The notes beneath the pieces are model-generated. The model was not told the DNA's origin, searched no databases, and saw nothing but the letters and a program-made list of their open reading frames with translations. Source: an uncultured bacterium (GTDB taxonomy: Bacteria; Fidelibacterota; Marinisomatia; Marinisomatales; UBA1611). From it: a stretch of 64,000 nucleotides of DNA. Positions 1 through 10,483 of this stretch are shown here, piece by piece. How positions within the stretch are numbered: the stretch's first letter is position 1; each line of letters starts with the position of its first letter. The translations under genes and the position numbers were made by a program. The stretch covers positions 54,799 through 118,798 of the forward strand of contig CALSPG010000003.1 in NCBI GenBank assembly GCA_943788175.1, given 5' to 3'.

Positions 1-960
1 AATACTGATTCTAGAATTAGTGCATTAGCTCAATCAAGTATTGCATATCCAATTAAAACATCAGGCTCTGTCCTTCTTAATCCTTCTTTGTCTATTTCAT
101 ATAATGATAAGATAGGTTTAACTCATCAGTCAAAAATCGCAGGAACTGCGAATAGTGAATTCATAGGGTTTGATAAGTATTTAACTGATAGCTCTTGGAT
201 TAGTTTAGTTTTCCTATATGAAGGAATTAGTGGTATCCCAGATACTAGGGGGCAACTATTGGATTGGGGCATTGATGGAGTATTTGGCACCTTTGATCCT
301 GGAGAGGGAAATGGTATCCTTGATGAAGGGGAACGCCTTAATATCGAAAATGTTAAATATTTCAGTCAAAATATTTTCGGATTATATGCATCTCATAGTC
401 AGATCTTGAAAAAATGGAGATTAGGCATTGGACTTAAGTTTCTAATACATGCTATTGATGATGAATATGGTCTGGGCACCGGGGTAAATGTCGGCTTTTT
501 TAGGCTTTTTGAAAAAACCAGTTTAGGTATTGTCTTTAATAATTTTCCTTCATCTGGTTTAATCTGGAATGATGGTGATATAGAAATCTCTCCTTCTTTT
601 ATATCATTTGGTGTTCACCGTAAATTATTATTTAATAAATACGGATTAGAATTAAATCCTATGATGAAGATAGACATTGTGACATTAGATAAATCTATTG
701 ATTCAAACCTATTATTTGATAAAATCCCAACTAATCTTTCTACAGGATTAGAAATAGTCTATAGAAATAATTTATTTTTTAGATTCGGATCGTATCAAAG
801 AGGTACATTTTCATCTGGTATTGGTCTACATTGGAAAGATATAAGTATTGATTATGCTTTTTTAAATGGAGGGGGTACTAGCGGTATTGACGAAAATCAT
901 TTACTTAGTATAGGTGTTTCAATGGAATGGGTAAAAAAACAATTTTTAAATAAAAACTAA
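1..960 (+). CDS. outer-membrane beta-barrel protein, PorQ/PorV-like (5' end outside window)
   Basis: Frame 1 has no stop between nt 1 and the TTG at 88, so the gene probably starts upstream. It shows an alternating beta-strand pattern, is Gly/aromatic rich, and ends ...HLLSIGVSMEW. The family call rests on remembered family features only. Confidence 0.55.
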   Translation, partial: NTDSRISALAQSSIAYPIKTSGSVLLNPSLSISYNDKIGLTHQSKIAGTANSEFIGFDKYLTDSSWISLVFLYEGISGIPDTRGQLLDWGIDGVFGTFDPGEGNGILDEGERLNIENVKYFSQNIFGLYASHSQILKKWRLGIGLKFLIHAIDDEYGLGTGVNVGFFRLFEKTSLGIVFNNFPSSGLIWNDGDIEISPSFISFGVHRKLLFNKYGLELNPMMKIDIVTLDKSIDSNLLFDKIPTNLSTGLEIVYRNNLFFRFGSYQRGTFSSGIGLHWKDISIDYAFLNGGGTSGIDENHLLSIGVSMEWVKKQFLNKN

Positions 961-972
961 GAAGATAAATAA

Positions 973-1833
973 ATGATAAAAAGCATGACTGGTTATGGTA
1001 GGGCATCTACAAAAATCCAAATTGGAAGCTGTAATATTGAGATAAGATCTTTGAATTCACGAAACCTTGATATAAAGTTTTCTGGTTTAAGTCTTTCTGC
1101 CGAATTAGAGCAAAAAATCAGAACTCTATTATCGGAACAAATTCAGAGAGGTAGCGTAAAAATTTTTATTGACTTTGATAATCATGATGCTGAAAAATTT
1201 AAATCATTTGATGAAGGAAATTTCAATTCAATATTAGAAGTTATTGAACGAGTAGAAGAAAAATATGATCAAAAGTTAGATCTTAGTAGTATTGTCAATT
1301 TAAATGACCTTTTTAAACATAAAGAAATAGAAATTAATGATGATGAAAAAACTATATTGATGTTTTCTGAAGCTTTAAAAAACCTAGATAAAACTCGTTT
1401 GGAGGAAGGTAAGCATATCGAAAAAGATTTTCTTAAAAGATTAGGCCTTATCAAAAAAGAAATTAAAGATATGGAAGTACTCACATTTGAATTGACAAAA
1501 ACAAGAAAAAAGGAAATTTCTGAAAAAATAAGATTTTACACAGGACAGGATTCTATTGATGAAGGCAGATTAATGCAAGAAGTTGCTTATCTAATCGAAA
1601 GGTCAGATATTACAGAAGAAATCGTTCGAGTGAACATTCACATAAATGCATTTACAAATTATTTAAAATTAAATGAACCAGTGGGTAAAAGGTTGGGGTT
1701 CTTAGCTCAAGAGATAAATCGAGAAGTCAATACGATTGGTTCAAAAAGTCCAATTCCATTAATTACGAGTAAAATCGTAGAAGTGAAGAATGAATTAGAA
1801 AAAATTAAAGAGCAAATACAAAACATACTATAA
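973..1833 (+). CDS. yicC: YicC-family stress-induced protein
   Basis: N-terminus MIKSMTGYGRA and C-terminal EINREVNTIGSKS are typical of YicC_N/DUF1732. It sits in the conserved yicC-gmk-rpoZ neighbourhood. Confidence 0.85.
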   Translation: MIKSMTGYGRASTKIQIGSCNIEIRSLNSRNLDIKFSGLSLSAELEQKIRTLLSEQIQRGSVKIFIDFDNHDAEKFKSFDEGNFNSILEVIERVEEKYDQKLDLSSIVNLNDLFKHKEIEINDDEKTILMFSEALKNLDKTRLEEGKHIEKDFLKRLGLIKKEIKDMEVLTFELTKTRKKEISEKIRFYTGQDSIDEGRLMQEVAYLIERSDITEEIVRVNIHINAFTNYLKLNEPVGKRLGFLAQEINREVNTIGSKSPIPLITSKIVEVKNELEKIKEQIQNIL

Positions 1834-2396
1834 TGAAAAATTTAATTTGTGTCTCTGCACCATCTGGATCAGGTAAAACTACATTATGTAAAGTAGTAAG
1901 AAAGATAAGACCTGAGTTTATATGGTCTGTATCTTATACCACTAGAGCTCCTAGAGAAAATGAGATTGATGGGGAAGATTATAATTTTGTAAAACGACAA
2001 GATTTTAAAATATTAATAGATAATGGTGATTTAGCTGAATGGGAGAATGTTCATGGTAACTATTATGGTACCGTGAAAAAAGAATTAGATAATGCGATTT
2101 TGAATGAAAAAATTGTATTGCTTGAATTAGATGTTAATGGGACAAGTTCTATTCAGAAATTATATCCAGACAATTCGCATTCCGTTTTCATTGTTCCACC
2201 AAGTATAGATAGCTTAAGAAAAAGATTGCAAATGAGGGGTAGTGAAACTGAAGCCACTATTAAAAAAAGGTTGGAACGATTTAAAAAAGAAATGGCTTAT
2301 AAAGATCGGTTTGATTCTCTATTAATAAATGATAATATTGAAGTTGCAAAAAATGATTTTTTAATAAAATTAGATGAAGTAATAAAAGGAGTGTAA
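1833..2396 (+). CDS. gmk: guanylate kinase
   Basis: P-loop SAPSGSGKTTL and the YTTRAPRENEIDGEDYNFV motif; the start overlaps the yicC stop (TAATG). Confidence 0.95.
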   Translation: MKNLICVSAPSGSGKTTLCKVVRKIRPEFIWSVSYTTRAPRENEIDGEDYNFVKRQDFKILIDNGDLAEWENVHGNYYGTVKKELDNAILNEKIVLLELDVNGTSSIQKLYPDNSHSVFIVPPSIDSLRKRLQMRGSETEATIKKRLERFKKEMAYKDRFDSLLINDNIEVAKNDFLIKLDEVIKGV

Positions 2397-2398
2397 TA

Positions 2399-2677
2399 AT
2401 GGGAATCAAAACTATTCCATTGAGAAATATTGAAGAAAAAACAGATAATATTTACGAAGCTGTTGTCGTAATGTCTGGTCAAGCTAAAATAGTCCTTGAT
2501 GAACGTATTGTTCAAAAATCAATAAAAGAGGCAGAAGAAGAAGATTACGGTGTGTTTGATGAGATTGAAGAGAAGTCTCCTGAAGATTACATTGAGTTAG
2601 AAAAAACTACTAGTATTGCTATAAAGCAATTTATGGATGGTGATGTAAAGTGGAGTAAAAAGGAGAAGATTTTATAG
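2399..2677 (+). CDS. rpoZ: DNA-directed RNA polymerase subunit omega (FCB-type, putative)
   Basis: Lies immediately after gmk. The core NIYEAVVVMSGQAKIV resembles the omega signature, and it has the acidic C-terminal half seen in Bacteroidota-type omega. Confidence 0.55.
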   Translation: MGIKTIPLRNIEEKTDNIYEAVVVMSGQAKIVLDERIVQKSIKEAEEEDYGVFDEIEEKSPEDYIELEKTTSIAIKQFMDGDVKWSKKEKIL

Positions 2678-2684
2678 ACAATGT

Positions 2685-3344
2685 ATGAACATCGTCAATA
2701 AAAATAAGTTCATAAAACAGCACATTGAACTTTATGGAAATGAATTGTTTTTTGATTCACCTTCTACTTTTAGTATAAAAAGCGATTTATTAAATAATAG
2801 TGTTTTAAGTATTTTTGAATCTTCTGTTGAAGGTTGTATGAAATGCGAATTGGGTACCTCAAGAAAAAAAATTGTTTTTGGTAGCGGAGACAAAAATGCT
2901 GATTTGTTAATTGTTGGTGAGGCTCCAAATGAATATGAAGACGAAAAAGGAAGACCATTTGTTGGCAAAGCTGGAAAACTTTTAGATAAAATACTAAAAG
3001 CAATTGGTTTAAGTCGGACAAATAATGTTTACCTCACAAATGTTTTAAAGTGTAAGACACCAAGGAATAGAGATCCATTACTATCTGAAATAAACAACTG
3101 TCATTCTTACTTATTGAAGCAAATCGAAATAATCCAACCAAAAATTATTGTTGCCCTTGGGAAAGTAGCTGGAAAGTCATTATTGAATAAAGACTTATCT
3201 TTAAAAGAATTTAGATCTCAGTTTTACGAGTTTAACTCCATCCCGTTAAAAGTGACTTACCATCCTCAAACGTTATTAAATGACCCTGCTTTTAAAAAAA
3301 ATGCTTGGGAAGATTTTCAGGTTGTGCGTGACTTTATTAATTAA
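2685..3344 (+). CDS. uracil-DNA glycosylase, family 4
   Basis: GEAPNEYEDEKGRPFVGKAGKLLDKIL motif, Cys residues for an Fe-S cluster (CMKC...C...C), and a C-terminal YHPQ motif. Confidence 0.85.
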   Translation: MNIVNKNKFIKQHIELYGNELFFDSPSTFSIKSDLLNNSVLSIFESSVEGCMKCELGTSRKKIVFGSGDKNADLLIVGEAPNEYEDEKGRPFVGKAGKLLDKILKAIGLSRTNNVYLTNVLKCKTPRNRDPLLSEINNCHSYLLKQIEIIQPKIIVALGKVAGKSLLNKDLSLKEFRSQFYEFNSIPLKVTYHPQTLLNDPAFKKNAWEDFQVVRDFIN

Positions 3345-3355
3345 TTTTAAAAAAT

Positions 3356-4714
3356 ATGACAAATAAAAAAAATGAAATATTAAATGTTCAGCCTCATTCT
3401 GACGAAGCTGAACAGGCAGTATTAGGTTCAATGCTTTCTGATAAAGAGGCAGTAAACAAAGCGTTTGAAAAAAAACTTGATGCGGTTCATTTTTACAAAA
3501 AAAACCATTCGCTAATTTTTGCGGCAATGTCAATTCTTGACAAAAAAAACGAGCCAATTGATACGGTTTCTGTAGTTGATGTTTTAACAAAGAACAATGA
3601 CTTAGAAACAGTCGGAGGTGCTTTTTATATCAGCGGTCTGGTTGATTTAGTCCCCACAACTGCACATGTTGCTCGCTACATAAAAATTGTTATGGAAAAA
3701 GCTATTTTAAGAAACTTGATTTACTTGTCAAATGATATTTCTAAAGAAGCTTTTGATGATAGTAAGGACGTTGATGATATTTTGGAGTCAGTACAGAAAT
3801 CAATTTTTAACATTACTCAAGATAGACTACAAAAAGGGTTTGAGAAAATTGACCCAGTTTTACATAAAACTTTTGAAGATATTGATAGGATAGCTTCACA
3901 TAAAGGTTCAGTAATTGGTGTTCCGACTGGTTTTAGTGATTTAGATGCTAAGACTACGGGCTTCCAAGCGGGTGATTTAGTCATAATCGCTGGTAGACCT
4001 GGTATGGGAAAAACATCATTTGCCTTAAACATGATGCGTAATGCTGCAATTGATGCAAATAAGAAGATTGGTTTCTTTAGCTTGGAAATGGCAAATAATC
4101 AATTAGCTATGCGACTTTTATGTGCAGAGGCGCGTGTAGATAGTAACCTTGTAAGGTCCGGAACATTGCCTAAATCACAATATCGAAATTTAAGTCTGGC
4201 TGTTGGTCCTTTATCAAAAGCGGAAATTCATTTAGATGATACTCCCGCTTTAAGTATTCTAGAATTAAGAGCGAAGGCTAGAAGGATAAAAAATGATATA
4301 GATATTGATATGATAATTGTTGACTATTTGCAGCTTATGCAAGGTCCTAAAGGCGTAGAAAGTAGACAACAAGAGATCGCAACAATCTCTAGATCTATGA
4401 AAGCATTAGCAAAAGAATTAGACATACCAATAGTTGCTCTATCTCAATTATCTAGAGCAGTTGAACAAAGAACAGGCTCTAAAAGACCGCAGTTGTCAGA
4501 TTTAAGGGAAAGCGGTGCGATAGAACAGGATGCAGACGTTGTGCTCTTTCTTTTTAGACCATGGGTTTATTCTAGAGATGATGAAGATGAAGGAAAAGCA
4601 GAAATAATTATTGCTAAGCAACGTAATGGCCCTACGGGAATCATTGAGGCTACATATATAAATAGATACACAAGGTTTGAAAATTTAGCCCATAATCCTG
4701 ATGCTCCTTTTTAA
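3356..4714 (+). CDS. dnaB: replicative DNA helicase DnaB
   Basis: Walker A GRPGMGKTSFALN, IIVDYLQLM, SQLSRAVEQR and the arginine-finger region; 452 aa, no intein. Confidence 0.97.
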   Translation: MTNKKNEILNVQPHSDEAEQAVLGSMLSDKEAVNKAFEKKLDAVHFYKKNHSLIFAAMSILDKKNEPIDTVSVVDVLTKNNDLETVGGAFYISGLVDLVPTTAHVARYIKIVMEKAILRNLIYLSNDISKEAFDDSKDVDDILESVQKSIFNITQDRLQKGFEKIDPVLHKTFEDIDRIASHKGSVIGVPTGFSDLDAKTTGFQAGDLVIIAGRPGMGKTSFALNMMRNAAIDANKKIGFFSLEMANNQLAMRLLCAEARVDSNLVRSGTLPKSQYRNLSLAVGPLSKAEIHLDDTPALSILELRAKARRIKNDIDIDMIIVDYLQLMQGPKGVESRQQEIATISRSMKALAKELDIPIVALSQLSRAVEQRTGSKRPQLSDLRESGAIEQDADVVLFLFRPWVYSRDDEDEGKAEIIIAKQRNGPTGIIEATYINRYTRFENLAHNPDAPF

Positions 4715-6906
4715 TGGAAAACCCATTAGTAAAATTAGCACCTCAATTATTCGGGGATTATCCAAAAGCTTTCATTTCTTTATATAATCAAGTTTTTATA
4801 TCGCCTGAGTCAGATAAGGCGTTTCTAAAAGAAAAATTATGGAAAGCTTACGATTACGGTAGCAGATATCATGAGGGCCAGAAAAGACAATCAGGAGAGC
4901 CTTATTTTAATCATTGCATAGAGGTAGCTAGTACTTTAGCATCTTGGAATATGGATTATACAACTATTATGGCAGGCTTGTTACATGATGTTGTTGAGGA
5001 TACAAAATTAACTGTTGATGATATAGAAAAAGAATTTGGTGAAGATCTTGCTAATCTAGTAGATGGTTTAACAAAAATTAGTGGAATAGAGTTTAGTACA
5101 AGAAAAGAAAAACAAGCAGGTAATTTTATGAAAATGTTATTATCTGTAGCAAAAGACATACGTGTTATAATAATTAAGTTTGCTGATAGAATGCATAATA
5201 TGAAAACTATAAGCTACCTTCCTAGAATTAAGCAGCACCGGATTGCAACAGAAACACGAGATGTTTATTCTCCTTTAGCACATCGTTTGGGTATGTCTAG
5301 TGTGAAATCACAATTAGATGATCTCACTTTTCAGGTATTAAATAAAGATGAATATGATTCTATATCTTCTAAAATTAAAACAACAAATAAACAAAGAAGA
5401 AAATTAATAAATAGTTACATTGAACCAATTAATGCTGGTTTGAAGAATTATAATATTACTAGCGAGATTTTTGGAAGATCGAAATCCTTTTCCTCCATTT
5501 ATGGAAAAATGATTAATAGAAAAAAATCTTTTGAAGATATTTATGACTTATATGCTATCAGAATTATCGTAAATAAAATTGAAGAGTGCTACTCTGCTCT
5601 AGGTGTTGTGCATAGTGTTTTTACTCCTGTACAAGAAAGGTTTAAAGATTTTATAGCAACACCAAAAACGAATGGCTATCAATCTATTCATACTACGATA
5701 ATTGGAACCGATGGTAAAATGGTAGAAATTCAAATAAGAACTCGTACGATGAATGAAACAGCTGAAATTGGTATCGCTTCTCATTGGATTTATAAGGAAG
5801 GTAAAACCAGTGTGAACGATTTAGGTTCAGATATTAAATGGCTTAGAGAGTTGATTGATATTTTAAAAAACGAATCTAGTAATCCTAAAGAATTTATGGA
5901 TTTATTAAAAATTGATTTATTTGATAGAGAGATTTATGTTTTTACCCCTGCAGGAGATTTAGTTCAATTACCAGCTGGTTCAACGCCTGTTGACTTTGCA
6001 TTTGAAGTTCATACACAAGTAGGTATGCATTGCCTGGGTGCTAAAGTAAATCATCAATTAGTTACTCTAAATGTTGAGTTGAGAAGTGGTGATGTAGTAG
6101 AGATAATTACTGGCAAAAGTCAAACGCCGAGTATCAATTGGAAAAAATTTGTTATTACTAGTAAAGCAAGGAATTCAATAAATAAATATTTAAAAAACAC
6201 TAGCCGTTTAGAAAGTATCAAACTGGGTAAAGAAATCGTACTAAAAACGCTCAGAAGATTAAAAATATATGGGCAAAAAAATATTTATTTAAATGCCTAC
6301 GGTAGTTTTGGGTTTAGTGACGAAGATTCATACTTTGCCTCTATTGGGCGAGGAAAAACTTCGTTTAGAGAAATTCATAAAAAATTAAGTACTAATCAAA
6401 CTGATAAGGACAATTCTTCATATGGTAAACTTGGGGATGCAATTGAAAATATTTTTCGTCCAGCAGATGGAATAATCCTAGATGGGATTAATAACCTTAT
6501 GATTAAATATGGGAAATGTTGTAATCCGATACCTGGTGATGATGTAGTTGGTTTTGTCACTAGAGGAAGGGGTTTAACTGTACATAAAGCTGGGTGCCAT
6601 AGTTTACCCCTGGTTACTAATGATGAAGACCGTTTGGTTGATGTTGATTGGAATCTCCCGAAAGATGCATTTTTTAATTCTAGATTAAAAATTATAGGTC
6701 TGGATTATAAAGGTTTGCTTAAAGATTTATCAGAATGTATCGGAAGTCAAAATATTAATATTTCCAGTGTTGATATAAAAGTAAATGGAGCCATTGCAAC
6801 TGCCCATTTTATTGTGCAGGTAAAAAATAAGCGGCAATTGGATAGGTTAATTAAGAAAATATATAACGTTAAGCATGTTGACAGTGTGGAGAGAATAGGG
6901 AAATAA
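4714..6906 (+). CDS. rel: bifunctional (p)ppGpp synthetase/hydrolase (RelA/SpoT family)
   Basis: HD hydrolase motif HDVVEDT, synthetase motif FIATPKTNGYQSIHTTI, and TGS and C-terminal ACT-like regions; 730 aa. Confidence 0.95.
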   Translation: MENPLVKLAPQLFGDYPKAFISLYNQVFISPESDKAFLKEKLWKAYDYGSRYHEGQKRQSGEPYFNHCIEVASTLASWNMDYTTIMAGLLHDVVEDTKLTVDDIEKEFGEDLANLVDGLTKISGIEFSTRKEKQAGNFMKMLLSVAKDIRVIIIKFADRMHNMKTISYLPRIKQHRIATETRDVYSPLAHRLGMSSVKSQLDDLTFQVLNKDEYDSISSKIKTTNKQRRKLINSYIEPINAGLKNYNITSEIFGRSKSFSSIYGKMINRKKSFEDIYDLYAIRIIVNKIEECYSALGVVHSVFTPVQERFKDFIATPKTNGYQSIHTTIIGTDGKMVEIQIRTRTMNETAEIGIASHWIYKEGKTSVNDLGSDIKWLRELIDILKNESSNPKEFMDLLKIDLFDREIYVFTPAGDLVQLPAGSTPVDFAFEVHTQVGMHCLGAKVNHQLVTLNVELRSGDVVEIITGKSQTPSINWKKFVITSKARNSINKYLKNTSRLESIKLGKEIVLKTLRRLKIYGQKNIYLNAYGSFGFSDEDSYFASIGRGKTSFREIHKKLSTNQTDKDNSSYGKLGDAIENIFRPADGIILDGINNLMIKYGKCCNPIPGDDVVGFVTRGRGLTVHKAGCHSLPLVTNDEDRLVDVDWNLPKDAFFNSRLKIIGLDYKGLLKDLSECIGSQNINISSVDIKVNGAIATAHFIVQVKNKRQLDRLIKKIYNVKHVDSVERIGK

Positions 6907-6907
6907 A

Positions 6908-7216
6908 ATGGAGGTAAAAACTTTTACTAAGCGAGATATAGCAATTAAGGTTGGAAAAAATCTTAATATGAGCATACGTAAATCAATTATATATACAGAT
7001 GAAGTTTTTAAGGCTGTTCGTGAACTATTGTGTGAAGATAATGATTATATAAGAGTTGAAATAAGAAACTTTGGAGTTTTAGAAAGTAAACCTGCAAAAG
7101 CAAAACCAAAGGCAAGAAATCCAAAGACTAATGAAGAAATATTTGTCCCGGCACACAAGAAAACACATTTTAAGCCTGGTAAAATATTAAAAAATCATTT
7201 AAAAAAACCTATATAA
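6908..7216 (+). CDS. HU/IHF-family DNA-binding protein
   Basis: DNA-binding arm RNPKTNEEIFVPAHKKTHFKPGK with an HU-like fold pattern; 102 aa. Confidence 0.85.
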   Translation: MEVKTFTKRDIAIKVGKNLNMSIRKSIIYTDEVFKAVRELLCEDNDYIRVEIRNFGVLESKPAKAKPKARNPKTNEEIFVPAHKKTHFKPGKILKNHLKKPI

Positions 7217-7220
7217 AAAT

Positions 7221-7631
7221 ATGGGTAGGTGTATTGGGATAGACCTAGGAACTAAAAGAGTGGGTCTTGCTCTTTCAGATTCTTTAAATATTATAGCTTC
7301 ACCATTTAAAACTTTAACATTTATAGATAACGATGATTTAGTATCGAAACTGAGCGATATTATTAATGATAATAATGTTAAAACTATTATTTTAGGATTG
7401 CCTTTGAATATGAGTGGCGTGGATACGGAACAGACAAAAAAAGTAAGAACCTTTAAGGCTTCGCTTGCAAAATTAAATATACCGATACTTTACGAGGACG
7501 AAAGGCTTAGTTCCGTAAGTGCTAAAAAGTCACTTGTGATGCAAAATGTAAAAACAGGACATAATAAAGCGGAAATTGATAGAACTGCAGCGGCAATTAT
7601 TTTGCAACAATTTCTAGATAAGAAGGTTTAG
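7221..7631 (+). CDS. ruvX: Holliday-junction resolvase-like nuclease RuvX/YqgF
   Basis: N-terminus GIDLGTKRVGLALSD and LPLNMSG...DERLSS motifs. Confidence 0.9.
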   Translation: MGRCIGIDLGTKRVGLALSDSLNIIASPFKTLTFIDNDDLVSKLSDIINDNNVKTIILGLPLNMSGVDTEQTKKVRTFKASLAKLNIPILYEDERLSSVSAKKSLVMQNVKTGHNKAEIDRTAAAIILQQFLDKKV

Positions 7632-9134
7632 TTGAATTCATTTTTCAGTTTAAAACCCTGGATTCAGGTGACTTTTGCTGGAATAGCAACAGGATTAGCA
7701 TTTTTTCCGTTAAATCTTGGCTTTTTGGCATGGGTATCTTTCATACCCTTGTTTCATCTGTTTATGAGCTCAAGTTTAAAAAAGAATTTGATTTATGGCT
7801 ATATTTTTGGATTTACATTTAATATCACAGCCTTTTACTGGATTGGGTCCAATTCAGGTGCTGACAAACTTACTGTAATTGGTAGTCTAGTAGCTGCAGC
7901 AGGTTATCTATCTATATTTTATGCATTAGCTGGCATATTATTTTCTCTTCTATCTAAAAAACATAAAACTCGTTTTGGCGGTGTTCTTTTTCCATTCCTC
8001 ATTGTTTTTATTGAATGGATTAGAAGCTTTGGTGCGATGGGTTTTCCTTGGTCAAATATTGCACTCTCTCAATCAAAATATATTTATTTTATTCAATTCA
8101 TTGACATCACGGGTACTTATGGTGTTTCATTTATTATAATTAGTTTTAATGTGATACTTTATAATGGAATCAAAAATAAAATAGATTTAAAGTATGCACT
8201 ATCATTTATTTTATTTGTCTTTATAAGCTTATCATTAACAGGATGGAGCAAAATAAAATCACTTTCAAGTTTTGATAAAATAATCAAAACAGCAATTGTT
8301 CAACCTAATATAGATCCAAATACTAAATGGGCGAATAAAAACAAAATTATTGCTATTATGGACTCACTACATTTTGAATCAAATAAATTTAAACCTGACT
8401 TAGTTATATTTCCTGAAACTGCTTTACCATCTTACCTTGTAAAGGATAATTATACTAGGCAAAACCTACAAGAGACCGTTGATAGCTCTAATATTCCGCT
8501 TTTGACGGGGACTATTCACGCTTCTAACTATAACGGTTCAAGATACTACTTTAATAGCGCTATGTTTTTAAAGCCACATTCTGATTATGAGCTCTATTCA
8601 AAAATACATTTAGTCCCTTTTGCTGAATATGATCTATTGCCTGCAATTTTTCATCCGTTGACAAAATTAAATATAAATATTGACAGAGGCCGTTTTAAGT
8701 CAGGCGAAGAGTTTATTGTTTTTAATTGGAAAAATTTTTTGTTTTCTGATTTAATTTGTTACGAGTCTTCCATTCCTCGAATTGCAAGAAAATTTGTTTC
8801 TATGGGCGCGCAGTTTTTAGTAATTCAAGCAAATGATGGTTGGTTAGGGAATTCTTATGGTCCCTATCAACATTTTGAGCTTGCTCGTTTGAGAGCAATT
8901 GAGAATCGTGTTCCAGTCGTTAGATGTGCAAATACTGGAATATCAGGTATAATTAAACCTGATGGTACTGTACAAAATATAATTGATCTAAATCAAAAAG
9001 GTATCATATCTGAAAGCGTAAATATTGGCTTTAAAAGTAGTTTTTACACAAAGTATGGTGATATGTTTGCGTTTAGTTGTTTTATTATAACATTAGTTTT
9101 TATTTTCTATTCATGTATAAAACAATTTTTTTAA
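7632..9134 (+). CDS. lnt: apolipoprotein N-acyltransferase
   Basis: Multi-TM N-terminal half plus a CN-hydrolase domain (FPETALP, KIHLVPFAEY, LICYES). TTG start, with no in-frame ATG that keeps the N-terminal TMs. Confidence 0.88.
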   Translation: MNSFFSLKPWIQVTFAGIATGLAFFPLNLGFLAWVSFIPLFHLFMSSSLKKNLIYGYIFGFTFNITAFYWIGSNSGADKLTVIGSLVAAAGYLSIFYALAGILFSLLSKKHKTRFGGVLFPFLIVFIEWIRSFGAMGFPWSNIALSQSKYIYFIQFIDITGTYGVSFIIISFNVILYNGIKNKIDLKYALSFILFVFISLSLTGWSKIKSLSSFDKIIKTAIVQPNIDPNTKWANKNKIIAIMDSLHFESNKFKPDLVIFPETALPSYLVKDNYTRQNLQETVDSSNIPLLTGTIHASNYNGSRYYFNSAMFLKPHSDYELYSKIHLVPFAEYDLLPAIFHPLTKLNINIDRGRFKSGEEFIVFNWKNFLFSDLICYESSIPRIARKFVSMGAQFLVIQANDGWLGNSYGPYQHFELARLRAIENRVPVVRCANTGISGIIKPDGTVQNIIDLNQKGIISESVNIGFKSSFYTKYGDMFAFSCFIITLVFIFYSCIKQFF

Positions 9135-9715
9135 CATTATTTTATTTAAATCTTGGTTTTGGTGCTTCGCCTATTAATTCCATGGCTAAATCATTTTTAA
9201 TTCCCGGTTGGGGCGAAATGGATTTTGGATATAAAAAATCATCAAAGTTTTTTATTCAATCTGAAATAATATTATTAACTGGATGTTTTTCTGCATTCAA
9301 AATTTCAAACCTGATAGAAAAGAAATATATAACTTATGCTAATGATCACGCTGGTGCTAGCAGCGCGAGCGATGATAGATATTGGGTTGATATAGGAAAT
9401 TATAATACTAATTTAAATTTTGATTCTGAACATCTCCGAATGCGAGACAATAAAGAAGGTCAATGGGGAAATTTTCCATGGGATTGGGATAATAATGATG
9501 ATAAGCGCAAAAAATTTGAAAATATGAGAATTGCCAGCGACAAGTATTACCTAGGCGGAAAATTTTTAATCGGGGGTATTATTATGAATCATATTATTTC
9601 AACAATTAATACATTGTACATTTTCAGATTAAATGAAGATAAAAAATTATCATTAAAATCCTCAATTAATTATAATCAGAAAAACCTTCAATATATTGTT
9701 ACAATGGAATTTTAA
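9113..9715 (+). CDS. hypothetical membrane protein (DUF5683-like?)
   Basis: Signal/TM N-terminus MYKTIFLTLFYLNLGFG and an LIPGWGE motif. The ATG at 9113 is preferred over the ORF-track start at 9077; it overlaps the lnt 3' end by 22 nt. Confidence 0.5.
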   Translation: MYKTIFLTLFYLNLGFGASPINSMAKSFLIPGWGEMDFGYKKSSKFFIQSEIILLTGCFSAFKISNLIEKKYITYANDHAGASSASDDRYWVDIGNYNTNLNFDSEHLRMRDNKEGQWGNFPWDWDNNDDKRKKFENMRIASDKYYLGGKFLIGGIIMNHIISTINTLYIFRLNEDKKLSLKSSINYNQKNLQYIVTMEF

Positions 9716-9748
9716 TAATATTTAATTAAATCACAAAATTTAAAATTT

Positions 9749-10483
9749 TTGCGAAGATATAAAATTATTATTCAATATGATGGTTCATTTTTTAATGGAT
9801 GGCAATTGCAGAATGAAAAAAAAACAGTTCAAGGTGAAATTGAGAATGCTCTCAAGGTTATAACAAAATCAAAAAATCGCTTTCCGATTAAAGGGTCTGG
9901 GCGTACAGATTCTGGAGTGCATGCTTTAGGGCAAGTAGCACATTTTGATATTGATACTAGATTAACTGATTTAGAATTAAAAAATGCAATTAATTTTTAC
10001 ACATCAAAACATTGTAAAATTATGTCTTTGTGTAAAATATCTAGTGATTTTAATTCAAGGCATGATGCTTTAAAAAGGACCTATATATATCAGCTATACC
10101 TGGGGTCATCAATATTATATAATAATCAGGCATGGCTAGTAGACAATATTGATTTAATAGTTTTAAAGCAGTTGTCTAAATTTATAATTGGGGAACATGA
10201 TTTTTTATCATTTTCAAAATTTGATCCATTAAAAAAACATACGTTATCAATTATCTATGCTTCGGACTGGATAAAAAATGGAGATTTATTGACGTACTCT
10301 ATATCAGCTAATAGATTTTTACATCATATGATTAGGTATATTGTTGGTACGATGGTAGAAGTGTCACGAAAAAATTTTTCAGAAGATCAATTCAAATCAC
10401 TATTGCAAACACCGAGAAAAAATGTACAAATTCATAAAGCGCCAGCGTGCGGACTTCAATTATTAAAAGTAGAATATGTATAA
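9749..10483 (+). CDS. truA: tRNA pseudouridine(38-40) synthase TruA
   Basis: IQYDGSFFNGWQLQ and the catalytic GSGRTDSGVHALGQVAHF motif; TTG start. Confidence 0.93.
   Translation: MRRYKIIIQYDGSFFNGWQLQNEKKTVQGEIENALKVITKSKNRFPIKGSGRTDSGVHALGQVAHFDIDTRLTDLELKNAINFYTSKHCKIMSLCKISSDFNSRHDALKRTYIYQLYLGSSILYNNQAWLVDNIDLIVLKQLSKFIIGEHDFLSFSKFDPLKKHTLSIIYASDWIKNGDLLTYSISANRFLHHMIRYIVGTMVEVSRKNFSEDQFKSLLQTPRKNVQIHKAPACGLQLLKVEYV

Noticed and set aside
218-409. Same-strand nested ORFs (218..409, 18215..18436, 54036..54263, 58169..58351)
   Set aside because: Each lies out of frame inside a longer, well-supported gene (the outer-membrane protein, batE, secY, rpoA) and has no motif or RBS of its own.
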